This document shows, piece after piece, positions 29,434 to 38,160 of a stretch of DNA of 64,000 bases; the stretch's first letter is position 1, and each line of letters opens with the position of its first letter. The stretch is from Candidatus Vogelbacteria bacterium (GTDB lineage: Bacteria; Patescibacteriota; Minisyncoccia; Phycocordibacterales; XYD1-FULL-46-19): the NCBI GenBank assembly GCA_016188295.1, contig JACPIA010000011.1, forward strand, positions 3,993-67,992, written 5' to 3'. The notes under the pieces were generated by a model. It saw nothing but the letters and a program-made list of their open reading frames with translations. It was not told where the DNA came from and ran no database searches. The position numbers and the translations under genes are program-made.

Positions 29434-30112
29434 CAGTAATGGTTAGGTAAAAAATAATTCCCTCGTTCGGTTGGAAAGTTACTTTATTCTTAGTAAAAAA
29501 ATCATTAATACTCTCGGATTTGCGGTAAAATGAGAGCGCGTAACGAATATAGCGGTTGGCGCTCTCTAAAGCTAAGATTGGCTCATCTAACACTTGAGCC
29601 ATATTGCCAGCGAGGTAGGCCATTCGACTGGTGTGAAAAAGGAGTGACAAATGGAGTGACACTGCTGGTTTTGGCACGGTGGTCGCCAGCAATTTAGTTG
29701 TCGCCTCTTGATGTATCGCTTGAGCTTGTTTTATTGTCTCAAGTGCGGCGCCATTTTTTTGCTCAATCGCTTGGTCTAAGGCGGCCAGCTCACTCCCTCG
29801 GGGAGTGGCGTAGGCTCGTAAAGTATCGGCTAAAGCCAAACCATACTGCCTCAGGATGGCGGTATCGGTTTTAGTGGTAACAATTAAGTCTTTTTCTGTA
29901 AATTCTCGAGGCAATAAGGCGGCATCATATTGCTTTAAAGCCTTTTTTTGAGTTGCTACTTCGGCGACTAATTTTTCGACCGGAGTGGTGGGGACGCTGG
30001 CAGGTGTTCGCCCGAGATACCAAAGTCCCCCGGCTAAAACCAAGAGGATAATTAAAATTACCAGTACTACCTTTTTGCTGGGTAGAAGATTATACATAAC
30101 CACTTTCTCCAC
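29396..30112 (-). CDS. Bitopic membrane protein (N-terminal TM plus about 200-aa external domain); VirB8-like by architecture only
   Basis: 238 aa. Single TM KVVLVILIILLVLAGGLWYL. First gene of the operon. GTG start; ATG at 30097 is possible. Confidence 0.4.
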   Translation of the reverse strand: MEKVVMYNLLPSKKVVLVILIILLVLAGGLWYLGRTPASVPTTPVEKLVAEVATQKKALKQYDAALLPREFTEKDLIVTTKTDTAILRQYGLALADTLRAYATPRGSELAALDQAIEQKNGAALETIKQAQAIHQEATTKLLATTVPKPAVSLHLSLLFHTSRMAYLAGNMAQVLDEPILALESANRYIRYALSFYRKSESINDFFTKNKVTFQPNEGIIFYLTITDDTTYATSTSQN

Positions 30113-30193
30113 TCTCTATTATAATATGCTTTAAACTAGTTTGGTCCTTAATTTAAGCGATATTAGTGGATAAACTTATGTTATAGTGGCAAT

Positions 30194-30814
30194 ATGTTGT
30201 GTCGCTCGGGAATTATTTTAGGTTTAATTATTTTAATTAGTACTTCGAGTGTCTCGGCGGCGGTTGATTTAACTAGCGAGGTGTCGCGTTTACAAGCATT
30301 AGTGGCTAGTTTACAGGCCAAGCTTAATCAACTACTTAATCAAGTAATTGAGCGAGCTACTTTAGGTGGAGCGGCCTCCCCTTTACCTCAAACGGTACCA
30401 GTTAGTCCAGTTAACACACCTAGTTTGCCGGCATTAGGGGTATCTGGAATGAATTTCCCTCCCGAGCCCAAGCGCTCAACTACCACGTTTATTGAGAATT
30501 TAAGTCCAAGTTCCGGTCCGGTTGGTACAGTAGTAACCATTAAAGGTCGTGGCTTTACTACCCAATCTCCTAATACCATTTATGCCAGTTATCAGGTGAT
30601 TAAAGGGGTAAAATCGCGTGATGGTACTACCCTTACTTTTATCGTTTCGGCCTTTGATAATGATTTTGCCGGCCCTAAGGTGTTTAAAAATCGTCCAGCA
30701 GGCCGAACAGTCTCACTGCCTTTGATTGTGACGGTTCAAAATGATACTGGTATTAGTAATGATATGATGTTTACAGTCACTTACCCGGCTCCAATTTATG
30801 AACCACAAATTTAA
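30194..30814 (+). CDS. Secreted protein with N-terminal coiled coil and IPT/TIG-like beta-sandwich
   Basis: Signal peptide (ILISTSSVSAA). SPSSGPVGTVVTIKGRGFTT is an IPT/TIG-like motif. Divergent from the T4SS operon. Confidence 0.5.
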   Translation: MLCRSGIILGLIILISTSSVSAAVDLTSEVSRLQALVASLQAKLNQLLNQVIERATLGGAASPLPQTVPVSPVNTPSLPALGVSGMNFPPEPKRSTTTFIENLSPSSGPVGTVVTIKGRGFTTQSPNTIYASYQVIKGVKSRDGTTLTFIVSAFDNDFAGPKVFKNRPAGRTVSLPLIVTVQNDTGISNDMMFTVTYPAPIYEPQI

Positions 30815-31193
30815 ATTATTGATTGCAGTAATAATGTTAAGTACCTTAGTGTTGCCTAATGCTTATGCAATCGGTAATCCCTCGGTATTGGTAGCGTCTA
30901 ATTTTGGCGGTCGAATTTTAGCTACTATCCCCTGTACTTGTACTTTTAATTTAAAATTAATTTTAAGTCCAGTGGCACCTACTTTACCTGTAGAGGTAAT
31001 CTTTCAACCGGGGATTAGTATTTTGTATCGTTACGGGATGTTAGTACCAACCGCTTGGGTGTTAGGGCGGACCATCGGTTCGTCTACGTGTTGGGTCGGT
31101 TTAATCCCGTTTTGTGTACCAGTACCGAGTGTGGAGGGGGGAATTGTAAGCCCATTGATTCATATGGTGGGCACTTCTTTGCCAGGAATATAG
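30798..31193 (+). CDS. Small secreted hydrophobic Cys-containing protein; candidate pilin-like subunit
   Basis: Signal peptide (LVLPNAYA), then an about 105-aa mature part with two hydrophobic segments and 6 Cys. Confidence 0.4.
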   Translation: MNHKFKLLIAVIMLSTLVLPNAYAIGNPSVLVASNFGGRILATIPCTCTFNLKLILSPVAPTLPVEVIFQPGISILYRYGMLVPTAWVLGRTIGSSTCWVGLIPFCVPVPSVEGGIVSPLIHMVGTSLPGI

Positions 31194-31633
31194 ATTGCAC
31201 TAGTGCCAGTGGCGATATTGTTTTGGCTAGTCCACCTAGCATTTACTTCTAAAACATACTGTGCTGGTTCGGTGGGGTAAAAGACTGTCGGGTAAGTGCT
31301 TGGGTTAATATTGTAGTGTATCCCTACTATCCGCCATTCGCTGTCTAACCAAATGATGTCGATGGCAAAACGCATCTCCTTCATCCAAAAGCCATAACGA
31401 CCGGGTTTATCAAAAATAAATAGCATTCCCGTGTCTTGGGCTAAACTTTCTCTACCTGATAAACCTAGTTCTTGTTTGGCTGGAGTGTCTGCTAATTCAA
31501 TTTTTATATTAGTTTCACCAAAACTTAAATAATTTTGATCCGGTTTGATTTTTTTAGGCCAAATTAAAATAGCTAAGATTAAAATAATAATTACTACAAC
31601 AATTAAACTTATTTTCGAGCGAGACATAACCAC
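31160..31633 (-). CDS. DUF192-family protein (COG1430)
   Basis: N-terminal TM. Motifs MLFIFDKPGRYGFWMKEMRFAIDIIWLD are typical of DUF192. Confidence 0.65.
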   Translation of the reverse strand: MVMSRSKISLIVVVIIILILAILIWPKKIKPDQNYLSFGETNIKIELADTPAKQELGLSGRESLAQDTGMLFIFDKPGRYGFWMKEMRFAIDIIWLDSEWRIVGIHYNINPSTYPTVFYPTEPAQYVLEVNARWTSQNNIATGTSAIYIPGKEVPTI

Positions 31634-32391
31634 TTTTCAAACTCCACATTCTCAGGGCGAACATCAGGATTAATCCCACACTTAATTAATTGCTCATTAT
31701 ACTCGGTTAAAGTATTACTTAATTTTTTACGCTTACCACTAAAGGCTTGTTTGACTAGTTTAAAAAAGTGCTCAACTTCAATGTTTTTTGGCGCCGGATG
31801 AATATTATCAAATAAAATAATACTAGAATCAACTTTGGGCGCTGGGTTAAATAAAATTTTGGGTACAGTCGCGATGTAACTCGGCTTGCAATATAATTTT
31901 ACCGCTAAAGAGAGCACGCTCTCTTTATTTTTGTAACTAGTGACACGCTCGCCTACCTCTTTTTGGATTAATAACACTGCAAGTGTTGGTCGCTGATTAG
32001 CTTGTAAAAATAATTTAATTAATTCACCAGTTAAATAGTATGGGATATTGGCAATTAATTTATGTTTTTTAGTTTTTAAAGTAGTTGGTAAATTTTCTTG
32101 ATAATATAAATCTAAAATATCACCCTCAATTAATTCTAATTTACCCTCTTTAATCTCCTGCTCAAATTTTTTAGCTAAAATAGGGATTAATCGGGCATCT
32201 TTCTCAATTGCCACCACTTTGGCACCGACATTAAGTAAATTTGTGGTTAATGTCCCCTCGCCTGGGCCGACCTCCAGTACCATATCCCCAGCCTTTACCG
32301 CTCCCGTTTTAATCATCAAATTAAGTATCTCTTGGTCATCCAAAAAGTGCTGCCCTAATGACTTTTTCGCTCTAATCGCTCTAATACTCAT
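31609..32391 (-). CDS. rsmA: 16S rRNA (adenine1518/1519-N6)-dimethyltransferase RsmA/KsgA
   Basis: SLGQHFL motif and SAM-binding LEVGPGEGTLT. ATG at 32391 chosen. The ORF-track TTG at 32403 lies inside the REP element. Confidence 0.85.
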   Translation of the reverse strand: MSIRAIRAKKSLGQHFLDDQEILNLMIKTGAVKAGDMVLEVGPGEGTLTTNLLNVGAKVVAIEKDARLIPILAKKFEQEIKEGKLELIEGDILDLYYQENLPTTLKTKKHKLIANIPYYLTGELIKLFLQANQRPTLAVLLIQKEVGERVTSYKNKESVLSLAVKLYCKPSYIATVPKILFNPAPKVDSSIILFDNIHPAPKNIEVEHFFKLVKQAFSGKRKKLSNTLTEYNEQLIKCGINPDVRPENVEFEKWLCLARK

Positions 32392-32396
32392 ATTTT

Positions 32397-33062
32397 TCAA
32401 CAACGAGGCTTAGCCTCGTTGGAGTAGGATAGCCAGTCATGTAAGTAATCTACCACTTCTTTTTTGGATTCAAAAACTGACAAAGACTCTTTGTTGATAA
32501 TCTTATTTTCGATTCGCTCTTGATCTAGCCAATCGTGGAGACTAGAATAATGGTAATTTTTTAAAAAATCCTCCGTTTTTACTAAATCAGCAAGACCGGA
32601 CTCTTTCCAATCGGCCTTGACCATTTTTACTGGATTTAAATGAATGTAAGTATGGACATAAGCAAGGTATTCTTCTGAATCGATGTGTTTGGCTTGGAAA
32701 TTAGACTCAAATAGTCTTCCTTTGCGCTCCTTAATTTTATTAAAATACATGGTGTAAGAGGTGGCGACTCGGTGCATAAAAGCGCTGATACCATTTTCTT
32801 TTCTTTCTTTAGCTAATATATGAAAGTGATTATCCATTAGACAATAACCGGCAATATCAACCAATAACTCTCCTCGATCAAACTCGTATTCCTCACCTGG
32901 TTTAAGATAAAAAAAGTGAAATGGATTTTGGCCATTGCATAAGTACAATAGCTTTACAAAGCGATCACGATCTTTATCAGTATGAAAGATAATACGTTTA
33001 TCGTTTCCACGGTTATAAAGGTGATACCACTCGTCTGGAGCAAAGCTAATTTTTCTACTCAT
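32397..33062 (-). mobile_element. REP-associated tyrosine transposase (RAYT; IS200/IS605-like Y1 HuH transposase, COG1943)
   Basis: YHLYNRGN N-terminal motif. HuH motif MDNHFHIL. Catalytic-Tyr region YLAYVHTYIHLNPVK. Flanked on both sides by the same 23-bp palindrome. Confidence 0.75.
32398..32422. repeat. REP-like palindromic element, copy 2 (flanks the RAYT gene)
   Basis: CAACAACGAGGC-TTA-GCCTCGTTGG. Identical to the copy at 33094. Overlaps the last codons of the RAYT ORF. Confidence 0.7.
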
Positions 33063-33093
33063 ACCCTAAATATCTTAACATATCCTTATTTTT

Positions 33094-33118
33094 CAACAAC
33101 GAGGCTTAGCCTCGTTGG
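33094..33118. repeat. REP-like palindromic element, copy 3 (flanks the RAYT gene)
   Basis: TTTTTCAACAACGAGGCTTAGCCTCGTTGG, 32 nt upstream of the RAYT start. Same orientation as copy 2. Confidence 0.7.
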
Positions 33119-33128
33119 GGATAAGGCC

Positions 33129-33164
33129 AAAGAAAACACCTGGGTGCGTGTACGCACCCAGGTG
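33129..33164 (-). terminator. Rho-independent terminator of uvrD/pcrA
   Basis: 12-bp perfect stem CACCTGGGTGCG/CGCACCCAGGTG with loop TGTA. On the minus strand it is followed by TTTTCTTTGG. Confidence 0.65.
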
Positions 33165-33271
33165 GCAGAATAATCCAGCTGATTGCCAAAAATTTCCGGC
33201 AACTTTCTGGAAAAAGGAGAAAAGCGCTTATAACTCATGTCAGTCATATACTACTATATTTTTTTGTCAAT

Positions 33272-35161
33272 CTAAAAATCGACAATACTCAAACGATTAG
33301 TTTCGGTGGTGAGGAGGTGATTGGGAATCTCAGAGAGGAATTCAGATGGAATATTAAAGCGACGATTACCAAAAACTAGACGAGTTTCAGTATAAGAAAG
33401 ATAGATTTTTTTACGAGCCCGGGTGAGAGCGACGTAAAAAAGGCGTCGTTCTTCCTCGTTGTCGCGCTCCTCGGTGCCTATTGGCGCGTGAGGAAAGAGA
33501 TCTTGCTCCAGGCCGGTAATAAACACATAATCAAATTCCAAACCTTTGGCCGCATGCACGGTCATTAATTTAACACCATCAACTTGACCATTATCATCAT
33601 CTTGATCACTAGTCAAAGCAATATCGGCTAAAAGCATAAAAAGGCCATCACTGCCGTGTGGGTCATAAGCAGTAGCCACGGTTACCAATTCCCGCAAGTT
33701 TTCCAATCGATCAATGTCATCTTCGCTCCCTTTTTTTAACTCCGCTTCCAAACCAGTCAATCGTAATACTTCTTTAATAATTGAGGAGGGTAAACTCGTT
33801 TCGGTCAGTAATTTGATTTTATCAAGCAATAAATAAAATTGATCCACTTTTTGGCGGGTGCCGGCGGGTAACTCAGTATATTGTCCGGCGGCCAATTTAA
33901 TTAAAGTAGTTTTACCGATCCCTCGGGCCGGTACATTAATAACGCGCCGGATGCTCCCCCAATCCTCACGATTGATCGCCGCTTTAATAAAAGCGATTAA
34001 ATCTTTAATTTCTTTGCGTTCATAAAAGCGGGTACCAAGTAAAATGTAAGGAATAGTATTTTTAATCAGCGCTTCTTCTAAAATACGAGATTGAAAATTG
34101 GTCCGATACAATAACGCTATTTCTTTATAGTTTACTTTACCTTCACCTACTAACTGTTCAATAATAGTGGCAATACCTAGAGCTTCGTCAGCCTCGGTGC
34201 TGTAAGCACTTAACGTCAGTTGCTCACCGTTTGCTCCTCGAGTAAATAAATTTTTGGCTTTGCGTTTTTTATTATTAACAATCACGGCATTAGCCGCCTC
34301 TAAAATGATTTTAGTAGAGCGATAATTTTCTTCCAAAGTAATTGTTTTGACATTATCAAAATCACGTTCAAAACGCAGTAAGTTTTCAAAATCGGCACCA
34401 CGCCAACTATAAATCGATTGATCAATGTCGCCCACTACACAAATGTTCTGCTTGCTTCCGGCTAATTGGCGCGAGAGTTCATATTGAATACCATTCGTAT
34501 CTTGATACTCATCAATATGGACATGTGACCACTTGATTTGGTAATGTTTCAAGATATCCGGTCGTTCTCTAAATAAAATAGTAGTTTTCAATAATAAATC
34601 GTCAAAATCAAGCCCGCCCCGCTCGCGTAATAAGTTCTCGTATTTTTCCCAAACTGGTTTTACCAGCTTGGAAAAAAAATCATAAGTTGTCGGTACGTAA
34701 TCATTCACCATTAAACCATCGCTTTTAGCTTTAGAGATGGCACCTAAAAAACGTTTCGGTTCAAACTTTTTAGGATCAATGTTTTGTGCAATCAATACTT
34801 CTTTAACTACATCCGTAGATTCACCTCGATCATAGATTGAAAAATTTTTCGGTACGCCGATAGTCAAACCATGCTCGCGTAAAATTCGGACACCAAGACC
34901 GTGAAACGTGGTGGCTAACAATGGCTCGTTTCCCTCAGGCAAGAGCTGATGTAAACGCTCGCGCAATTCTTTAGCCGCTTTATTGGTAAAAGTAATGGCG
35001 ATAATCGCGCGCGCCGGTATACCCTGATTAATTAAATGCAAAATCCGATGAGTCACCGTTTTAGTTTTACCGGCGCCGGCGCCGGCCAATACCAATAATG
35101 GTCCATCGGTAGTCAGCACAGCCTGCTTTTGAGCTTCATTTAGAGTGTCTAAGTAATACAC
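33272..35161 (-). CDS. ATP-dependent DNA helicase, UvrD/PcrA/Rep family
   Basis: Motif I GAGAGKTKT. Conserved SF1 helicase motifs throughout. 629 aa. Confidence 0.85.
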   Translation of the reverse strand: MYYLDTLNEAQKQAVLTTDGPLLVLAGAGAGKTKTVTHRILHLINQGIPARAIIAITFTNKAAKELRERLHQLLPEGNEPLLATTFHGLGVRILREHGLTIGVPKNFSIYDRGESTDVVKEVLIAQNIDPKKFEPKRFLGAISKAKSDGLMVNDYVPTTYDFFSKLVKPVWEKYENLLRERGGLDFDDLLLKTTILFRERPDILKHYQIKWSHVHIDEYQDTNGIQYELSRQLAGSKQNICVVGDIDQSIYSWRGADFENLLRFERDFDNVKTITLEENYRSTKIILEAANAVIVNNKKRKAKNLFTRGANGEQLTLSAYSTEADEALGIATIIEQLVGEGKVNYKEIALLYRTNFQSRILEEALIKNTIPYILLGTRFYERKEIKDLIAFIKAAINREDWGSIRRVINVPARGIGKTTLIKLAAGQYTELPAGTRQKVDQFYLLLDKIKLLTETSLPSSIIKEVLRLTGLEAELKKGSEDDIDRLENLRELVTVATAYDPHGSDGLFMLLADIALTSDQDDDNGQVDGVKLMTVHAAKGLEFDYVFITGLEQDLFPHAPIGTEERDNEEERRLFYVALTRARKKIYLSYTETRLVFGNRRFNIPSEFLSEIPNHLLTTETNRLSIVDF

Positions 35162-35206
35162 GTGCCTACTATATCATAGACATTCTCTGGTATAATAAAA
35201 TCAATT

Positions 35207-35602
35207 ATGACGGAAGCAATTATCCCTTCTATTGAGTTTGAGCAAGAATTACAAGCGCTCTCTAAAAAAGTGGAGATGGTTCGTGAAGCGCGTGAGAGTG
35301 AAGCTGGTATTGTAAATGAATTACCAACCGAGACTATTCGCCAAGTGATTGGTGAAATGGTTACCGTCGAATCATCATCAGTCAAACCGGAATCAGCGCC
35401 AATTAATACCCAAACTAGTTATTTAAGTAGTGTCAGTAGTGATCAAGCTCAACTGGTTAATGATTTAATTGTCCAAGTGCCAATTAAAGGACTCAAAAAA
35501 ACAATTGCCAGTGTGGCCGATAATCCGGCTTTGCTTGATATGTTTCACGATTCGTTAATCGATTTTTTATACGATGAGCTTAAACAGCGTAATTTGGTTT
35601 AA
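35207..35602 (+). CDS. Hypothetical protein upstream of the coupling protein gene
   Basis: 131-aa ORF ending 3 nt before the T4CP gene. No recognizable motif. Confidence 0.4.
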   Translation: MTEAIIPSIEFEQELQALSKKVEMVREARESEAGIVNELPTETIRQVIGEMVTVESSSVKPESAPINTQTSYLSSVSSDQAQLVNDLIVQVPIKGLKKTIASVADNPALLDMFHDSLIDFLYDELKQRNLV

Positions 35603-35605
35603 ACT

Positions 35606-37981
35606 ATGGATCCATTTTTGTTGACGATCGGTGCCTTAGGTACGGTATTTTTAGTGTCAGGAGTGGCGCTCTTAGTCATGTATATTTTGCGTCAGCGTAA
35701 AATTGAGTCGCTCAATTTAAAATTATTATTAATTACGGTACCGCGCCCGGAGGAGAAAGAAGGCTCTAATCAACTCGATGCGATTGCTTCCACTGAGCAA
35801 TTGATGGTCGCTTTGGCCGGGATTAGCCGCTCGTTTGTCTTTGAGGTAGTGGTCCAAAATGCCGGAGAGGAAATTTTATTTTATTTAGCGGTACCGCGCT
35901 CCCAATTAACAAGTGCTAAAACACAAATCGAAGGGCTCTTCCCTCGGGCGGAGGTAACCGAGATTTCCGACTATACTATTTTCCATCCTGATGGTGGCAG
36001 TGCCGCGGCGCATTTAACTTTAACCGAAAATGAAGCTTTACCACTCCGGACTTATAAAGAAGCAGGTGTCGACACTTTTGCGGCAATTGTAAACACCTTA
36101 TCGCATCTGCGCGAGTCGGGCGATGGTGCCACTATCCAATTGGTGGTAACACCAACCGATAACAGTATCAAAAAAACTTTAGCGAAAATGGTGGAACAAT
36201 TAAAGCAGGGCAATTCCTTTTCCTCTCTGGTTAAAAAAGGTAATTTATCTTTAGAGGTGGTAGCTAAGGCGTTAATGAGTGATAAATCATCAACCAAAAA
36301 AGATAAGTCAGAAAATAAGATAGTTGATGAGGAGGCAGTCAAAGCGCTTAGTCTTAAAATGGCTAAACCCTTATTTAAGGTCAATATCCGGGTAATTACC
36401 GCCTCGGACACCACAGCCGTGGCTGAAGATTTACTGCTGGCCATTGCTGGGCAATTTAATCAATTTGCTTCACCCTATCGTAATAATTTTAAATTAGTTA
36501 AAGCTCGCCGGCCCAAAAAGTTACTCTATCAATATATCTTCCGCGAGTTTGATCCCAGCCAAGCTTTTACTTTAAATGCCGAGGAGTTGGCTAGTATTTT
36601 CCATTTACCTACCGCCACTACCGCCGGTCCGCGGATTAGTTGGCTTAATACTAAAGAGGCACCACCACCACCTAATTTACCGCGAACTGGTACTTTAATT
36701 GCCGAGAGTATTTTTAGGGGTGAGACTAAACCGGTTTATCTCTCGGATGCTGATCGCCGCCGCCACTTGTATTTGATTGGTCAGACCGGTACTGGTAAAT
36801 CGCTCTCGATGCTTAATATGATTAATCAGGATTTACTCAATGATAAGGGTTTATGTTTAATTGATCCGCATGGTGACCTAGTCGATGCCGTCCTAGAGCG
36901 TGTGCCTAAAAGTCGGATTGATGATGTGATTGTATTTAATCCCGGTGATCTGGCTCGACCACTAGGACTCAACATGCTTGAGTACAATTTTGACCGACCA
37001 GAGGAAAAAACTTTCATCGTCAACGAGATCCAATCGATTTTTAATCAGCTCTTTGATAAAGAGACAATGGGTCCGATGTTTGAGCAGTATATGAGGAATG
37101 CCCTCCTTTTATTAATGGAAGATGCCAATCCCGCCAAAGGTGGAGAGTCCGCCACTTTAATGGAAGTGTCGCGTTTATTCACCGACACCGAGTTTCGTAA
37201 TCGTAAATTGGCTCGGATCACTAATCCAAGCGTGATCGATTTTTGGACTAAAGAGGCAGTTAAGACCAGCGGGGAGCAAGGTTTGGCCAATATGACACCA
37301 TATATTACTTCAAAATTTGGTAATTTTGTGGCTAACGACTATATGCGGCCGATTATCGGTCAGCCGCAATCAGCGTTTAATTTCCGCACAGTCATGGATG
37401 AGGGTAAAATTTTGCTCGTCAATTTAGCTAAAGGTAAAATTGGCGATATTAACTCGGGGCTCTTGGGTATGATTATTACAGGTCGCCTGTTGTTAGCGGC
37501 ACTCTCTCGCTCCGATATTCCCGAAACTGAGCGCCGTGACTTTAACTTATATATTGATGAATTCCAAAACTATACCACTGACTCGATTTCGACCATCTTG
37601 TCGGAAGCGCGGAAATATCGACTTAATCTAACAATTGCTCATCAATTTATTGCCCAACTTAAAGACAATATCCGGGAATCAGTCTTTGGTAACGTTGGTT
37701 CGATTATCTCCTTTAGAGTTGGTACTCCTGATACGGAAGTATTACTTAAACAATTTGGCTCGGTATTTACCTCCCATGATTTAGTTAATAATGAGAATCG
37801 CCACGGCTTTGCTCGAATCTTAATTAATGGTGAACCAAGTATTCCTTTCTCGATCCAAGTGCCCTTGCCTAAACTCGGCTCGGTGGAAGTCAAAGATAAA
37901 CTTAAAGAACTCTCTCGCCTCACTTATGGCCGTGATTTAACAAGGATTGAAGGTGATATTTTAACTCGCCTGCGCTCATAG
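35606..37981 (+). CDS. Type IV coupling protein (VirD4/TraG/TrwB-like ATPase) with N-terminal TM
   Basis: N-terminal TM. Walker A LIGQTGTGKS, IDPHGD motif, Walker B LYIDEFQNY. 791 aa. Confidence 0.7.
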   Translation: MDPFLLTIGALGTVFLVSGVALLVMYILRQRKIESLNLKLLLITVPRPEEKEGSNQLDAIASTEQLMVALAGISRSFVFEVVVQNAGEEILFYLAVPRSQLTSAKTQIEGLFPRAEVTEISDYTIFHPDGGSAAAHLTLTENEALPLRTYKEAGVDTFAAIVNTLSHLRESGDGATIQLVVTPTDNSIKKTLAKMVEQLKQGNSFSSLVKKGNLSLEVVAKALMSDKSSTKKDKSENKIVDEEAVKALSLKMAKPLFKVNIRVITASDTTAVAEDLLLAIAGQFNQFASPYRNNFKLVKARRPKKLLYQYIFREFDPSQAFTLNAEELASIFHLPTATTAGPRISWLNTKEAPPPPNLPRTGTLIAESIFRGETKPVYLSDADRRRHLYLIGQTGTGKSLSMLNMINQDLLNDKGLCLIDPHGDLVDAVLERVPKSRIDDVIVFNPGDLARPLGLNMLEYNFDRPEEKTFIVNEIQSIFNQLFDKETMGPMFEQYMRNALLLLMEDANPAKGGESATLMEVSRLFTDTEFRNRKLARITNPSVIDFWTKEAVKTSGEQGLANMTPYITSKFGNFVANDYMRPIIGQPQSAFNFRTVMDEGKILLVNLAKGKIGDINSGLLGMIITGRLLLAALSRSDIPETERRDFNLYIDEFQNYTTDSISTILSEARKYRLNLTIAHQFIAQLKDNIRESVFGNVGSIISFRVGTPDTEVLLKQFGSVFTSHDLVNNENRHGFARILINGEPSIPFSIQVPLPKLGSVEVKDKLKELSRLTYGRDLTRIEGDILTRLRS

Positions 37982-38160
37982 CCAAAAGGGGTCTAAAAGG
38001 CTATAATAAGGCGGTTAGTCTAAATTCCCTTTAAACCTTTATTCAGACGCCTCACTATTCTCGTATAGCTAAACTTAAAAGCCGTTACCGACGGGTATTT
38101 ATTGGTGGTGGGCTTTTATTACTAATAACTACGCCGGTATATGCCTCCTGGGATACTTTA

